NCBI GenBank assembly: GCA_950097015.1
Contig: CATNEN010000007.1
Span: 7,068,001 to 7,132,000, forward strand
Length of the DNA stretch: 64,000 nt
Reading direction: 5' to 3'
Origin: Macrostomum hystrix
Lineage: Eukaryota; Animalia; Platyhelminthes
Shown: positions 48,581 through 61,745 of the stretch, in pieces
Numbering within the stretch: the stretch's first letter is position 1
How the letters are laid out: every line of letters begins with the position of its first letter
Notes under the pieces: generated by a model
Told to the model about the DNA's origin: nothing
Database searches by the model: none
Seen by the model: only the letters and a program-made list of their open reading frames with translations
Made by a program: the position numbers and the translations under genes

Positions 48581-49417
48581 CCTTTCTGCAAATGACTAAT
48601 TTTTGTTGCTAGCATGAACGCTCGTCTTCGCCCGCTGTGAGAATTAATTTCGAACTGATTCCTGGCAAGTTAGTTATTGGTTGGGATTTCTGTCGATGAA
48701 GGAAGCCAAACTCAAACTCTATGATTCCCACGCAGGCCCATCTCCCCATGTCAACACGCGCCGGAGAGTCACAGAGAAGGGTGCGGGCAGAGCCTATTTG
48801 CCAGCACTGGACAGGTCTCTGTTGTGCAAGAAAGTCTAAAATTCTTTTTGAACTTTTACAACAGGCGAGCGAGTAAATAAAATTACCGCCAAAAATTCTA
48901 TTTTCAATTGGGTGACGTCATGCGCGGCTTTTGTAGAACTTCTTTTATTTGGGGACTTTAGGATTAAAATTGATTTCTACTACAATCTAGCCATGTGATT
49001 TCCCTTAATTTGAAAGTTAGTACGACAAAATTTGAAGGTTAAGTTAAACTTTGAAGGGCAGAAGGGCAGAAGGGCAGTGTCAACTGGGATTTACCTTGGA
49101 CAGAACAGTGGCAGATACTAAAACTGCAATCAAGAAATCCCAAGAAAGTTAAATTTAAAGTTTTTTAGATTTTTAGATGACCCGCCAGGTATCTGTGGGC
49201 GCACATTTGTGCCCAGTGAAGAGAACTTTCAGACGGGCTTGATTGCTAGAGTTTGACCAGACTCAAGCACTAACTCATTTCTACTCAATTTTAAGTCTTC
49301 AACAATTAAGAAAATGTATTCATCCGGGAAGCGGGATTCGGTGTCTAGCTAATTATTACTCTGGACTTGCACCTTGCAATCCTCGGACAAGCTCGAAAGC
49401 AAAATTACATTTTCTCT

Positions 49418-51042
49418 TGAAGATTCGGGTTCGTGAAGATTCGGGTTCATGAAGATTCGGGTTCGTCGGAGATTCAGGTTCGTGAAGATTCGGGTTCTTG
49501 AAGATTCGGGTTCTTGAAGATTCGGGTTCGTGGAGATTCGGGTTCGTCGGAGATTCAGGTTCGTGAAGATTCGGGTTCGTGGAGATTCGGGTTCGTCGGA
49601 GATTCGGGTTCGTCGGAGATTCGGGTTCGTCGGAGATTCGGGTTCGTCGGAGATTCGGGTTCGTGAAGATTCGGGTTCGTCGGAGATTCGGGTTCGTGAA
49701 GATTCGGGTTCGTGAAGATTCGGGTTCGTCGGAGATTCAGGTTCGTGAAGATTCGGGTTCGTCGGAGATTCGGGTTCGTCGGAGATTCGGGTTCGTGAAG
49801 ATTCGGGTTCGTCGGAGATTCAGGTTCGTGAAGATTCGGGTTCTTGAAGATTCGGGTTCTTGAAGATTCGGGTTCGTGGAGATTCGGGTTCGTCGGAGAT
49901 TCAGGTTCGTGAAGATTCGGGTTCGTGGAGATTCGGGTTCGTCGGAGATTCGGGTTCGTCGGAGATTCGGGTTCGTCGGAGATTCGGGTTCGTCGGAGAT
50001 TCGGGTTCGTGAAGATTCGGGTTCGTCGGAGATTCGGGTTCGTGAAGATTCGGGTTCGTGAAGATTCGGGTTCGTCGGAGATTCAGGTTCGTGAAGATTC
50101 GGGTTCGCCGGGGATTCAGGTTCGTGAAGATTCGGGTTCTTGAAGATTCGGGTTCGTGGAGATTCGGGTTCGTCGGAGATTCAGGTTCGTGAAGATTCGG
50201 GTTCGTCGGAGATTCGGGTTCAGATTCGGGTTCGTCGGAGATTCAGGTTCGTGAAGATTCGGGTTCTTGAAGATTCGGGTTCTTGAAGATTCGGGTTCGT
50301 GGAGATTCGGGTTCGTCGGAGATTCAGGTTCGTGAAGATTCGGGTTCGTCGGAGATTCGGGTTCGTGAAGATTCGGGTTCGTCGGAGATTCGGGTTCGTG
50401 AAGATTCGGTTCGTGAAGATTCGGGTTCGTCGGAGATTTGGGTTCTTGCAGATTAGGGTTCGTGGAGATTCAGGTTCTTGAAGATTCGGGTTCGTCGGAG
50501 ATTCGGGTTCGTGAAGATTCGGGTTCGTGAAGATTCGGGTTCGTGAAGATTCGGGTTCGTCGGAGATTCAGGTTCGTGAAGATTCGGGTTCGTCGGAGAT
50601 TCGGGTTCAGATTCGGGTTCGTCGGGGATTCAGGTTCTTGCAGATTAGGGTTCGTGGAGATTCAGGTTCTTGAAGATTCGGGTTCGTCGGAGATTCGGGT
50701 TCGTGAAGATTCGGGTTCGTGAAGATTCGGGTTCGTGAAGATTCGGGTTCGTCGGAGATTCAGGTTCGTGAAGATTCGGGTTCGTCGGAGATTCGGGTTC
50801 AGATTCGGGTTCGTCGGGGATTCAGGTTCGTGAAGATTCAGGTTCTTGAAGATTCGGGTTCGTCGGAGATTCGGGTTCGTGAAGATTCGGGTTCGTGAAG
50901 ATTCGGGTTCGTCGGAGATTCGGGTTCATCGGAGATTCGGGTTCGTCGGAGATTCGGGTTCGTGAAGATTCGGTTCGTGAAGATTCGGGTTCGTGAAGAT
51001 TCGGTTCGTGAAGATTCGGGTTCGGAAAGATTCGATTTCGTG
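49418..51042. repeat. 16/17-bp minisatellite GAAGATTCGGGTTCGT / CGGAGATTCGGGTTCGT
   Basis: Direct inspection. Confidence 0.96.
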
Positions 51043-52074
51043 AGGACTGAGGTTAGCGTACACTACAGGATTACTGGGATTTGAGAGTTCTTATATCTGG
51101 GTGCAAAAGTCTCTGAGGATGTCGGGGTGCCGAATCTCTGTGGCAAGGAAGCTGATCAAGTCACGTGACAGCTGTTGCACGCTGGAGTTCTTTCCCCCCT
51201 AAAAGTTCGACCAGTCGTTCGTCTTGACATGCTGTCGATAGTCCGTCAGTGTCTAATCAACCTGAGCTGCCAGGCGAAGAAACCAACAAACAAGAGCGTC
51301 ACGCACCTGTTTTCTCTAAAAAAAGTACGCCCACATGACCGCCCACTCATGCGCAGGCGTCCTGTGACATCGGCGTGTTCCGCCCTGGCCCCGGCTCTGC
51401 CCCTCCCCACTGATGCCGTCAGCTCTCGTGTTGCAACAGAGATGAGCCGTGCTGGACTCAATGATGAAACATATAGCCAGACCTGCCCAGATGCTGAGTG
51501 GAAACAGGGGCTGCCTGCCTGTGCTCAACCTCAGTATTGAGCACGTTGATAATAACACTTCCTCTTACCATTCTCCTCTTCCCATCGCTGCAATCCTCCG
51601 CTCGATATCCCATCCCCAGCTCTTCACTTTGCCAGATGTCGAGTGAGCACAGAAGTGTTGCGAGTAGGAGAGGGGCAATTCCAGTCGATTTCCCTCTGCA
51701 TTCGTCATTGGGTCGAGGAATGGGGTGGAATAGAATCGGCTGCGCGTGACGCGATTGGCCAACAGGCCGGGCAACCCCCGATCGTCTGTAGCTAAAAATA
51801 GCCTGGGGGAAGAGAGAAGCCAGGGTAGGGGGCTGACAGCGATAAGGCAGGGCGCGTATTAAGAAGAGCGGTGGGCGAAGGCTCTCTCAGGTATAGCACG
51901 GAATCTCCTGACAGCCTTCCACCAGAATCTCTGTCTGCTGCCTCCACTGTCGAAGCCGACGGAGCCGAGGCCCGGTCATTGCGTCTGGGCTAACCAAAGG
52001 GTAAGGCTTTATTCCATTTTTCCATTTTTAGATTTTCTTCCAAGCCCACATCGAAGATTTGTTACATTGAAACC

Positions 52075-52855
52075 TTCATCTTCCTGTCTCTACTCTTCAT
52101 CTACCTGTCTCCCCCTACATCTAGCTGTCTCTATCCTACATCTACCTGTCTCTACCCTACATCTATCTGTCTCTACCTACATCTACATGTCTCTACCCTA
52201 CATCTACCTGTCTCTACCCTTCATCTACCTGTCTCTACCCTACATCTACCTGTCTCCCCCTACATCTAGCTGTCTCTACCCTACATCTACCTGTCTCTAC
52301 TCTTCATCTACCTGTCTCCCCCTACATCTAGCTGTCTCCCCCTACATCTATCTGTCTCTACCCTACATCTACCTGTCTCTACTCTTCATCTACCTGTCTC
52401 CCCCTACATCTAGCTGTCTCTACCCTACATCTATCTGTCTCTACCCTACATCTACATGTCTCTACCCTACATCTACCTGTCTCTACCCTACATCTACCAG
52501 TCTCTACCCTTCATCTACCTGTCTCTACCCTACATCTACCTGTCTCCCCCTACATCTATCTGTCTCTACCCTACATCTACCTGTCTCTACTCTTGATCTA
52601 CCTGTCTCCCCCTACATCTAGCTGTCTCTACCCTACATCTATCTGTCTCTACCCTACATCTACATGTCTCTACCCTACATCTACCTGTCTCTACCCTACA
52701 TCTACCAGTCTCTACCCTACATCTACCAGTCTCTACCCTACATCTACCTGTCTCTACCCTACATCTACCAGTCTCTACCCTACATCTACCTGTCTCTACC
52801 CTACATCTACCTGTCTCTACTCTACATCTACCTGTCTCTAACTTACATCTACCTT
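52075..52855. repeat. 21-bp minisatellite CTACATCTACCTGTCTCTACC
   Basis: Direct inspection. Confidence 0.94.
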
Positions 52856-54149
52856 TTTTCCATCCCTCCATCTACCAGTCTCCCTACCCCCATCTACCTA
52901 TGTCCTCACCCATTCATTCACTTCGCCTAATTCTAATCCAGCTGCCAGCTGCAATTTGTTCATCATTCCCACCTAAATCCCATCTCTAAGGCAAACCTGC
53001 GCAGCACTGAAGTAGAGAACTTCCTTCAATCCTTGTGGCCGTCTTCCTGATCTTTCCGCACTCAAAATCTCTCTGCTCCAGTTCTCAGTCACTGGCGATC
53101 ATTCAAAGAGCTTTGTCTATTCTCTTCCCACTTCCCAATCGATCTCACCAGGCGTGTTCCCATCTCGGCCCTTCTGTTTTTGCGCTCAGTTTCTCTGTAC
53201 TTTGCCGATTCTCGGAGAGAAGAAGAAGACAGCAAAACAGCAAAGCAAAAAACTGAACTCTCAGCCGCGTACAAAGTGCTTGGTTTCTGCCTGCTTGTTT
53301 TATTAAGAAAAAAATGGACAGAGAAACAAACAAACGCGAGAGACTCTTGTGTTTCTCTTCCGTCCTGCTGCTCTGCCTAACCCCTCAATTCCCTTCAACA
53401 CTTTTTACTGTGTCTTTCTCCGTGTGCCTCTATCCAGTGACTAGGAGGTCGGAAGTTCGATTCTTAGCCAATGGAAAAAATGGTGTCCTTAAAAATATAC
53501 TTAATTGCTTAAAGCTTCAGTTCCCTTATATTTGACAAATAGGAACCAGCTGGGGTGGACGGTATGGCAACCTCCCACCAGTCCATGGACTGGCTGCAGG
53601 GTAGATTTTCGGGTAGGTATGTCAGCCTCCCCCAGTCCATGGACTGGCTGCAGGGTAGATTTTCGTGTAGGTATGGCAGCCTCCCCATGGACTGTCCATG
53701 GACTGGACAGTTTTACACAGCTTTTGGAAGTCTCCAAACCAATCAATAGCTATATTGGGCTAGGTGTAATCTCACTACCAGAAACTGGAGTGAGGAGCGC
53801 CTTTGTAGCCCGACTGTCCAACTCGCAGTCGGCAGTTTTGCCGGGCCTGACAAACCCGGCGGAGGGGGGGAGATTTCTCCCCTTTCGGCCAACTCATCAA
53901 AGCGTGCCTCCCCTTCGCTGGTTCAGCTGCCCGGCACCAGTCGACAAGCGATTCTCAAGTGCCGTCGAATGCGCTCGACTACTCAAATTTCTTGTTTCCG
54001 ATAGGCAAACACAGACTCTCTTGCTCCATCGCAGCTGCTGCTGCTGCTGCTTTATGCTGACGGTCCTTCTCTTACCACTCATTGGCTGTCGATTGTCGGT
54101 TTGCATTGTGAAAAAAAATTATAAATTACCAAAAAGCTAAATGCCAAAG

Positions 54150-54515
54150 TATCTCTCTGCATCTCTCTGCATCTCTCTGTATCTCTCTGCATCTCTCTGC
54201 ATCTCTCTGCATCTCTCTGCATCTCTCTGCATCTCTCTGCATCTCTCTGCATCTCTCTGCATCTCTATGTCTGTCTCTATAACCCCTGTATCTATCTGCA
54301 TCTCTCTGCATCTCTCTGCATCTCTCTGCATCTCTCTGCATCTCTCTGCATCTCTCTGCATCTCTCTGCATCTCTCTGCATCTCTCTGCATCTCTCTGCA
54401 TCTCTCTGCATCTCTCTGCATCTCTCTGCATCTCTATGTCTGTCTCTATAACCCCTGTATCTCTCTGTATCTCTCTGCATCTCTCTGCATCTCTATGTCT
54501 GTCTCTGTATCTCTC
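54150..54515. repeat. 10-bp repeat ATCTCTCTGC
   Basis: Direct inspection. Confidence 0.95.
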
Positions 54516-55157
54516 CGAAGCCTGATTCACATGCCAACATAATACTTATATATTGCATATTAATAAACTCAATCAAAACCTAACCAAAACATTGGCATCT
54601 TGGCATTCAATAACACGCTCAGATGGGTTTCAGCTGAAACAGGTTGCAAAGAGAAACACAAGGGCATCCGTCCTAGCGTCCTGCAGCACTTGGATACACA
54701 CACAGGGGCTGGGTGAGTTGTGCTCAGCTCATTGGAGACACCTCAAGCCTGTCCCGCCACTGCAGTGTGCAGGATGGCACACTAGAGTTGATGCTTGGCG
54801 GCAGCTGCTGCAGTCTCTACCCCCGACTCCCAAATCCCAAATCCCATCTTCCAGCAAAGGCGCTCCAAGGAGGGCGGTTGGGGTGGGGTGGGAACGAGGG
54901 CTCGAAAACACTCAAATGGGAATAATAAGTGTTGGGCCATGGCAGCCGGGGTCACGCCCTAACCGCCAGAACCAACATCTCACCGGGGTAGCAACAGACT
55001 CTGCGAGAACTGCTGAGATGCGGCAGCTTAGGGGCATTGCCCAGAATTCCCCCATCCATGGCGAGAACTGAGAAGTACAATTTGACTGCTCAACAAGGCG
55101 CTTAGGCGAGGATATAGGAAACCGTTAATTTTTAAACCAAATGACAAAGAAGAGTCA

Positions 55158-55226
55158 GGCTGTAGTTCTGAGGTTAGACTTTTGGACTCCAAACCGAGAG
55201 AGGTCGGGAGTTCGAATTTTCATCCT
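55158..55226 (+). mobile_element. Diverged tRNA-like SINE head fragment
   Basis: GGCTGTAGTTCTGAGGTTAGAC...GAGAGGTCGGGAGTTCGAATTTTCATCC aligns by eye to the head of the SINE at 61040-61108. Confidence 0.5.
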
Positions 55227-55245
55227 TAGCGAATTTTAAGTTCTC

Positions 55246-55512
55246 CCACAAACCAACACCAAACATCACCAACACCACATCCAGACCAAACCAACACCAA
55301 CACCAACACCAACACCACACCACACCAACACCAACACCACACCAACACCAAACCACACAACACAACACCACACCAACACCACGCCACACCACACCAACAC
55401 CAACACCACACCAACACCAACACCACACCAACACCACACCAACACCAATCAACACCAACACCAAATCAACACCAACACCAACACCACATCAACACCAAGA
55501 CCAACACCACAC
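55246..55512. repeat. Degenerate (ACACCA/ACACC)n microsatellite
   Basis: Direct inspection. Confidence 0.9.
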
Positions 55513-57179
55513 ATAGGATTATTTCTCCACCGTCGCATCAGTTCATCCAGCCACACAGTCCATGAACTGAACAGCTGTTCTGGCTGTACATCCGGCCTAT
55601 GCCCAATAAAAGTATTTTCATGAATGAAAATCAGTCCTGCACTAGTCTTGGGCCTTCCCGACTGCCTTTCACTGAGAAAGGGCCACCCTGGACTCGATGG
55701 CTTGAGTCGCTTCATTGGCACCTGAATATACGACAGCTTCATCACCGCATCCGCATTGCTCAGACTCGCGAGGATGACCGGACTTGAGAACTGCGCCAGG
55801 GTTGCCAGATCGATTTCCGTTGAGCAGGCGGAGGGGCGTCTCAAGTGGCTCGTGTTGGCGCTACTCTAACTAGGGGGGGGCGAGGGAATGAGGACCTGAG
55901 AACAAATCCCCGTTCTCTGGCAACTCAACGGGAGATGGGATCGATGCCATCTGGGGATCCACCGTGCGGGCTCGAACTCCCACTCGCCTTTTTGCCTTTT
56001 AAACCTCTCGCCCACCCTTCGCCCCCGCACATTTTCACCTTCAATAATTCTCATTTTTCATTGATCTTTGGCTTCTCAAATCTTTGGTTCTCAACTTCCC
56101 TATCAGCTCAGCTGTGAGCAGTGTGTGTAATATTGAGTAGCTAAGAGTCATGTTTGTAGTTTGCTTTCATCTTCAGACAGAAGGGAGCTGTGAGCCAGAC
56201 AATCTGAGCATCAATCAAAATCTGGCACTCACTCGTGGCAGTGACAAAGTGCGCCTCGAGTAGCCATTTCCCACTTTTGCTGAACTTTCAAAAAGAGAAC
56301 ATCGTTTTATAAGTTATTTTTCCTGTGGGTGGAGAACGGATAGATTGAAAGCAAAAAGTTAAGAAGGCTTAATACTTAAACACTGTGGCAGGGAGTGATT
56401 GGCGGGCGATTAGCGCGTCCGAATTTTCGAACTTAAGTCCCCGAGTTCAGATCCGCGGAGAGGGCAGATGTACAGGTGTAAATGTAAAGTTGGGATAAAA
56501 GAGAGAATAAGGAGGACTAAGATTAAAAGAGAATATTGAGTTAGACTGGAAAAGTGAAGTGCATCCTCATCTAGAGCATTATAAAAAATGCCAAGCGGAG
56601 CCCCCGGGAAGATGGCAGGGCAGATAACTCGCCTCTGGTGATTTTGAGCACTCGAACAGTTCTGAATTCTGAATTAGAACTCGGATTGAAAAATCTTTGA
56701 CTGGCAGTGGCAATAAACTTCTTTCCTGCTTCCAGACCAGCCAGTTTCGGAATTAAAGTGCACCCAGCGGGAGCCAGGGCTGCTCGGGCCGCCAGCTGCT
56801 GGCAACCCATTAGAGGCCGCAACCTGCGCCAGACCTCCCCGGAGACCCGCAGCTTCAGGCGGCTGTGGCGGGGGGGTGCAACCATGGCCAGGAATTTCAG
56901 CAGGCGATGGGGCTGGTGGGCACAGAGGGCCAGTTCCCCTGATTAAAGCGACACCAAAAACTGATTTGGGGGTTGACGACTGGAAATGCTTTGGCAAGAA
57001 CTGGGGCTCAGGGGGTGTTGTTCCACCAGCTGGCTGCAGAAATTGCCCACGCTCTGAAAATCACCCACCCGATAGGGTCTGCGATCGGTCTGTCCATAAT
57101 TGGTGCATAACTGCTGCATTTGCTGCTTCTAAAGGGGTTTCTTGAACAAAAAACCAGAACAACATAAATCCATAATAAC

Positions 57180-57819
57180 AAAAACACCAACACCAACACC
57201 AACACCACACCAACACCAACACCAACACCAACACCAACATCACACCAACACCACACCAAAACCAACACCACACCAACACCAACACCAACACCAACACCAA
57301 CACCAACACCAACACCAACACCAACACCAACACCAACACCACACCAACACCACACCAACACCAACACCACACCAACACCAACACCACACCAACACCACAC
57401 CAACACCAACACCAACACAACACCACACCAACACCAACACCACACCAACACCAACACCAACACAACACCACACCAACACCAACACCACACCAACACCAAC
57501 ACCACACCAACACCACACCAACACCAACACCACACCAACACCACACCAACACCAACACCAACACCACACCAACACCACACCAACACCAACACCACACCAA
57601 CACCAACACCACACCAACACCACACCAACACCAACACCAACACCAACACCACACCAACACCAACACCACACCAACACCAACACCACACCAACACCACACC
57701 AACACCAACACCACACCAACACCACACCAACACCAACACCAACACCACACCAACACCAACACCACACCAACACCAACACCAACACCACACCACACCAACA
57801 CCAACACCAACACAAACAC
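57180..57819. repeat. (ACACCA/ACACC)n microsatellite, left flank of the LINE
   Basis: Direct inspection. Confidence 0.94.
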
Positions 57820-59372
57820 AAACAATGACGCTTCGGCTGCCCCGGAGATCTACCTCAATGGGAAGCAACTCCGCGTGAACCCGCACCTGTGCTTCCTCGG
57901 AGTAACGTACGACTGCTGCCTAACCTTCGCGGAACACATCCGGAAATGCGTCCAGAAGGCCAGGCAAAGACTCCACCTACTTAGGCGCATCGGTGGCCCG
58001 GAATGGGGCATGGACGACAGCACAATCCGAGTAGCCTATCTCGCCCTCATCAGGCCGGTGCTCGAGCACGCCGCAGCGGCCTGGATGCCATGGGCGGCAC
58101 AATCCTAAATTGAAAAACTGGAGCGCTGCCAGCGCGCCGCGGCGCGCATCATAACCGGGGCACTTGCCAGCACACCGGCCGAAGCCCTCCTAGCCGAAAC
58201 CGGCTTGACAACTATCGCGAGCCGGGGAAAGCTCGACGCTCTTACGCGATACGACAAGTACAGCAGACTCGAACCGGAAACCAACCGCGGCAAAGCAGCC
58301 AGAAGCACCCTGCAGCCGCGTCTCCGGCGCCCATCGTGGCGAGATTGGTGCCGTGGCAACTGGCCTGCAAACATCCCGCATCCAACCAACATCGAAGGCA
58401 AAAACAGCATCGATCTGCCACCACCCCCATGGTCTACCAATCAGCCGCTGGAGCTCGACCGCAACTCCACCCACAAGCTTGACAATGCCCAAGCCAACCG
58501 GCAGGAAGCCGAGAAGAGGCTCAAAGACAAGTCAGCTGATGTCACGCTGTTCACGGACGGATCCACGACGGCTGACAAAAAAGGAGGTGCGGGCTGGATC
58601 GCGTTTGACCAAGAAAATAACGAAATCAGCAGCAGCTGGCAGCCAGCCGGAATCGAATGCTCCTCCACGCAAGCCGAACTGGTAGCCATAGACGACGCAC
58701 TTAAATGGCTAGCCAAAACGGAGGGCTGGAACACCGCGACCATTGCGTGTGATAGCGCGGCAGCCTAGGCGGCGAGCGCGATGGAACGACCCGATTGCGA
58801 CTAGCATTGCCCACAGCTGGAACAGAATTGGTAGAAAAATTAGCCTGGTGTGGGTCCCAGGACACTGCGGATTGCCGGGCAACGAGGCTGCGGACACGCT
58901 AGCCAAAGAAGGCAGCTTGATGGACCAGGCCAACTCCCCATGGCAGTGGACGCACCAGGCGGCAACCAACGCCCTGCGCAGAACGCTGGCAGACCGCACC
59001 TGGACGCAAAAACGATCCCAAGAAACCTACGGAGGGCGCAATATCAACAGGCAGCCAATGGCCAGCTGGACCAGGCGGGAGACCGTTGAGTACACCCGTC
59101 TCCGCACAGGCCACTCACTACAACTACGAGCGTACGCGCACAGAGTCGGCCGGGATGACAGCCCCACCTGCCGCCTCTGCGCGGGGCAGGCGGAGGACAT
59201 CAAGCATATCCTGCTGGGACTGCCCGACCCTAGACAACATCAGGCGCACCATCGGCATCACCACGCTTGCGGACATGAGCAGCAGACCAGCGGAGTGCCG
59301 CATCATGCTGGATGAGTTCGTACGCCGGACAATCGCCTGACAACGACGACTGCAGTTACCGAGCTCATAACA
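57820..59372 (+). mobile_element. 5'-truncated, decayed non-LTR retrotransposon (I-group-like, RT C-terminus + RNase H + CCHC knuckle)
   Basis: FLGVTYD...LTF..HI and YLALIRPVLEH (RT thumb/connection); LERCQRAAARIITG; RNase H motifs LFTDGS, AELVAI, CDS and WVPGHCGLPGNEAADTLAK; RLRTGH; CRLC...EDIKHIL..CP. Stop at 58106, frameshifts near 58765 and 59215, short 3' UTR ending TAACAAC. Confidence 0.92.
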
Positions 59373-59650
59373 ACACCAACACCAACACCAACACCGCACC
59401 AACACCACACCAACACCAACACCAACACCAACACCAACACCAACACCACACCAACACCAACACCAACACCACACCACACCAACACCAACACCAAAGCAAC
59501 ACCAACACCAACACCAACACCAACACCACACCAACACCAACACCAACACCAACACCAACACCACACCAACACCAACACTAACACCAACACCAACACCAAC
59601 ACCAACACCAACACCAAAGCAACACCAACATCAGACCGACACCAAACCAC
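59373..59650. repeat. (ACACCA)n microsatellite, right flank of the LINE
   Basis: Direct inspection. Confidence 0.94.
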
Positions 59651-60651
59651 ATAAAATGTAGATTTTTCTTGACAGTATCGTCTCCGAAGAGCATAAGAAT
59701 AGCATAAGCATTATTTGAAAAGTGTTTCGCCAGAAAGCCCTGGCGGACAAGCCACCCACCCTTGTCTGGGTTCGGCAGCCCAGCTGCTTGTCCAGCAGTC
59801 CCGCAGTCTCGATGCCCTGATCAAATTCTCAGCTGGGTGCCCGCCATAGCCTAGGCCTATTTTAGGTCCACTTTCGCTAAGGGTTTGGGGGCATCAGCTG
59901 ACGCTCTGGTCCTGTTGAAGTCAGTCATTCCAATAGCCCAATAAGCAGTTCTGTCAGTTCAAAGTCCCATTAATCTGTCGAATATATCAGCATAGCCGAT
60001 GTCTGTTTGGGCGTGTACTTACTGCACAGCAGAAACAACAAGGCCTGCATTATAATTTAGGGCTAAACGAATAGTCTATGAGGCTTGTTTTAGTAAGCAG
60101 GAATGCAGAATGGAAGCGACAAACAATGCTGGATGTGTTGATCCCGTCCTTGCACTCTTCCCACCCAATGTACATTCCCTCACTAAGCAATTTGAATGCG
60201 GGTGATTCCTTCAGCCACGTTTAAAAGGCCTGTGAGAAGCCGAGAAGCTTGGAGAGACGATGAGGAAGTTAAAACAAAAGAGCAGATCCCAAAGCCGGAG
60301 CTAATGAGCTCCACCTTGCTCGCGCGCAACTAAACTCGAAACAGGCGAGACAGCGGCGAGAGGGGAAGGCCCGCCTCGAGATCTCCCGGCCGGTTGCGGG
60401 GAGATAACAAGAGGGACTTCTGGGGAATAAAATAACTAGAAATATCTACGAAACGGCACTCAATATAATTGTGTACTTTCAATTTCTTTGAGTTCCACTC
60501 GCTCCTTACGGGGCAGGGTGAGACTGGCCCCGGTTAATTATGAGACCAGCGCATCATCCTCATTAGCGTGCGCCAGTAGGACTGGCAGTATTGTGATGGC
60601 AGTCATCTTTTATAAAGTCAAGGTTCACGGCTCATGAGATCTCACGGATTC

Positions 60652-60958
60652 GTACACAGGAACAGGTACACAGGTACACATTTGAACAGGTACAAAGGTG
60701 CACATTTGAAAAGGTACACAGTTATACATTTCAACAGGTACACAGGTACACAGGTGCACATTTGAACAGGTACACAGGTACACAGGTACACATTTGAACA
60801 GGTACAAAGGTGCACATTTGAACAGGTACAAAGGTGCACATTTGAACAGGTACACAGGTACACATTTGAACAGGTATACAGGTACACATTTGAACAGGTA
60901 TACAGGTACACATTTGAACAGGTACACGGTACACATTTGAACAGGTACACAGGTGCAC
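60652..60958. repeat. About 24-bp repeat GGTACACATTTGAACAGGTACACA abutting the SINE 3' end
   Basis: Direct inspection. Confidence 0.9.
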
Positions 60959-60961
60959 TGG

Positions 60962-61108
60962 CCGAAAATTTTGCAGCTGGGTGAACTGAAGCAGTGGGGA
61001 GTTAAGAGTCTTCCTCAATGTCACGAAATTGTTTCCCTTGGGCTGAAATTCGAACTCGCGACCTCTCTGTCGGAAGTCGGAAGCTCTAACCACTGAGCTA
61101 CAAGCCCC
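60962..61108 (-). mobile_element. tRNA-derived SINE with CORE-like central domain
   Basis: Minus strand: GGGGCTTGTAGCTCAGTGGTTAGAGC (A box) ... GAGTTCGAATT (B box), then GTGACATTGAGGAAGACTCTTAACTCCCCACTGCTTCAGTTCACCCAGCTGCAAAAT, which resembles the CORE/MIR consensus. Confidence 0.7.
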
Positions 61109-61152
61109 CTTTTTTTGCATGAGTTTTGTATGAGCACTATCAGTACAATGCC

Positions 61153-61427
61153 ATGACCCTTGAAGGTGCGGCCTGCAGAATGTCCACACCGACAAGCGGC
61201 CGGCAGCTAGACGAAGCCGACGAACACCGCTTCGCCCAGTTCAGCATCTCGCCGAGCGCCACGCTGACTAGGCGTGAAGCCGCTTTAGCCGCAGCTGCTG
61301 CCGCCGCCGCTGCAGCATCGAGCTCAACGCTGCCAATGGCTGCTGCGACCAGCAACCGAGCCAGCCGGCTTTCAGAACTCGGAGACGATGACTGCCCGCA
61401 AGGGGCTGCTGGCGGCTCTCCGGACTC
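61153..61427 (+). CDS. Unidentified gene, candidate exon 1
   Basis: GC-rich Ala/Ser-rich ORF MTLEGAACRMSTPT...GGSPD(S); phase-2 GTGAGT donor at 61428. Confidence 0.6.
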
Positions 61428-61471
61428 GTGAGTCTCAGCTGACTCATCAGAGCTCACAGCACTACTAACAA

Positions 61472-61602
61472 TATGACCTAATGCCCCAATGACCTGATGA
61501 CCCAATGACCCTATGACCCAATGACCCTATGACCCGGTGACCCAATGACCCTATGACCCAATAACCCAATGACCCAATGACCCAGTGACCCGTTGACCTA
61601 AT
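61472..61602. repeat. Short degenerate (ATGACCCA/ATGACCCT) repeat
   Basis: Direct inspection; intronic. Confidence 0.75.
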
Positions 61603-61745
61603 AATCCATGAAAGATTCAGTTATCAAATTTTCCCATGACACAATGTCCGAATGACGCACTTATCCAATGACTCATTAAATGTCTCAATCTAACGAAGCC
61701 ACAGACAAATTAAAGAACTGACCTGACCCACTCACCTTTTGACAG

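Noticed and set aside
51175-57145. Scattered 60-210 aa ORFs between DYRK and the LINE
   Set aside because: No domain similarity that I can recognise and no consistent exon chain; a lone GTAAGG donor at about 52001 is not enough to call a gene.
57180-59650. Telomeric repeat / telomere-specific retroelement
   Set aside because: The repeat is TGGTGT/TGGTG on the G strand, not TTAGGG-type, and it is internal with genes on both sides.
61036-61108. Functional tRNA gene
   Set aside because: A and B boxes are present but the anticodon and acceptor stems pair poorly, and the sequence continues into a CORE-like SINE body.
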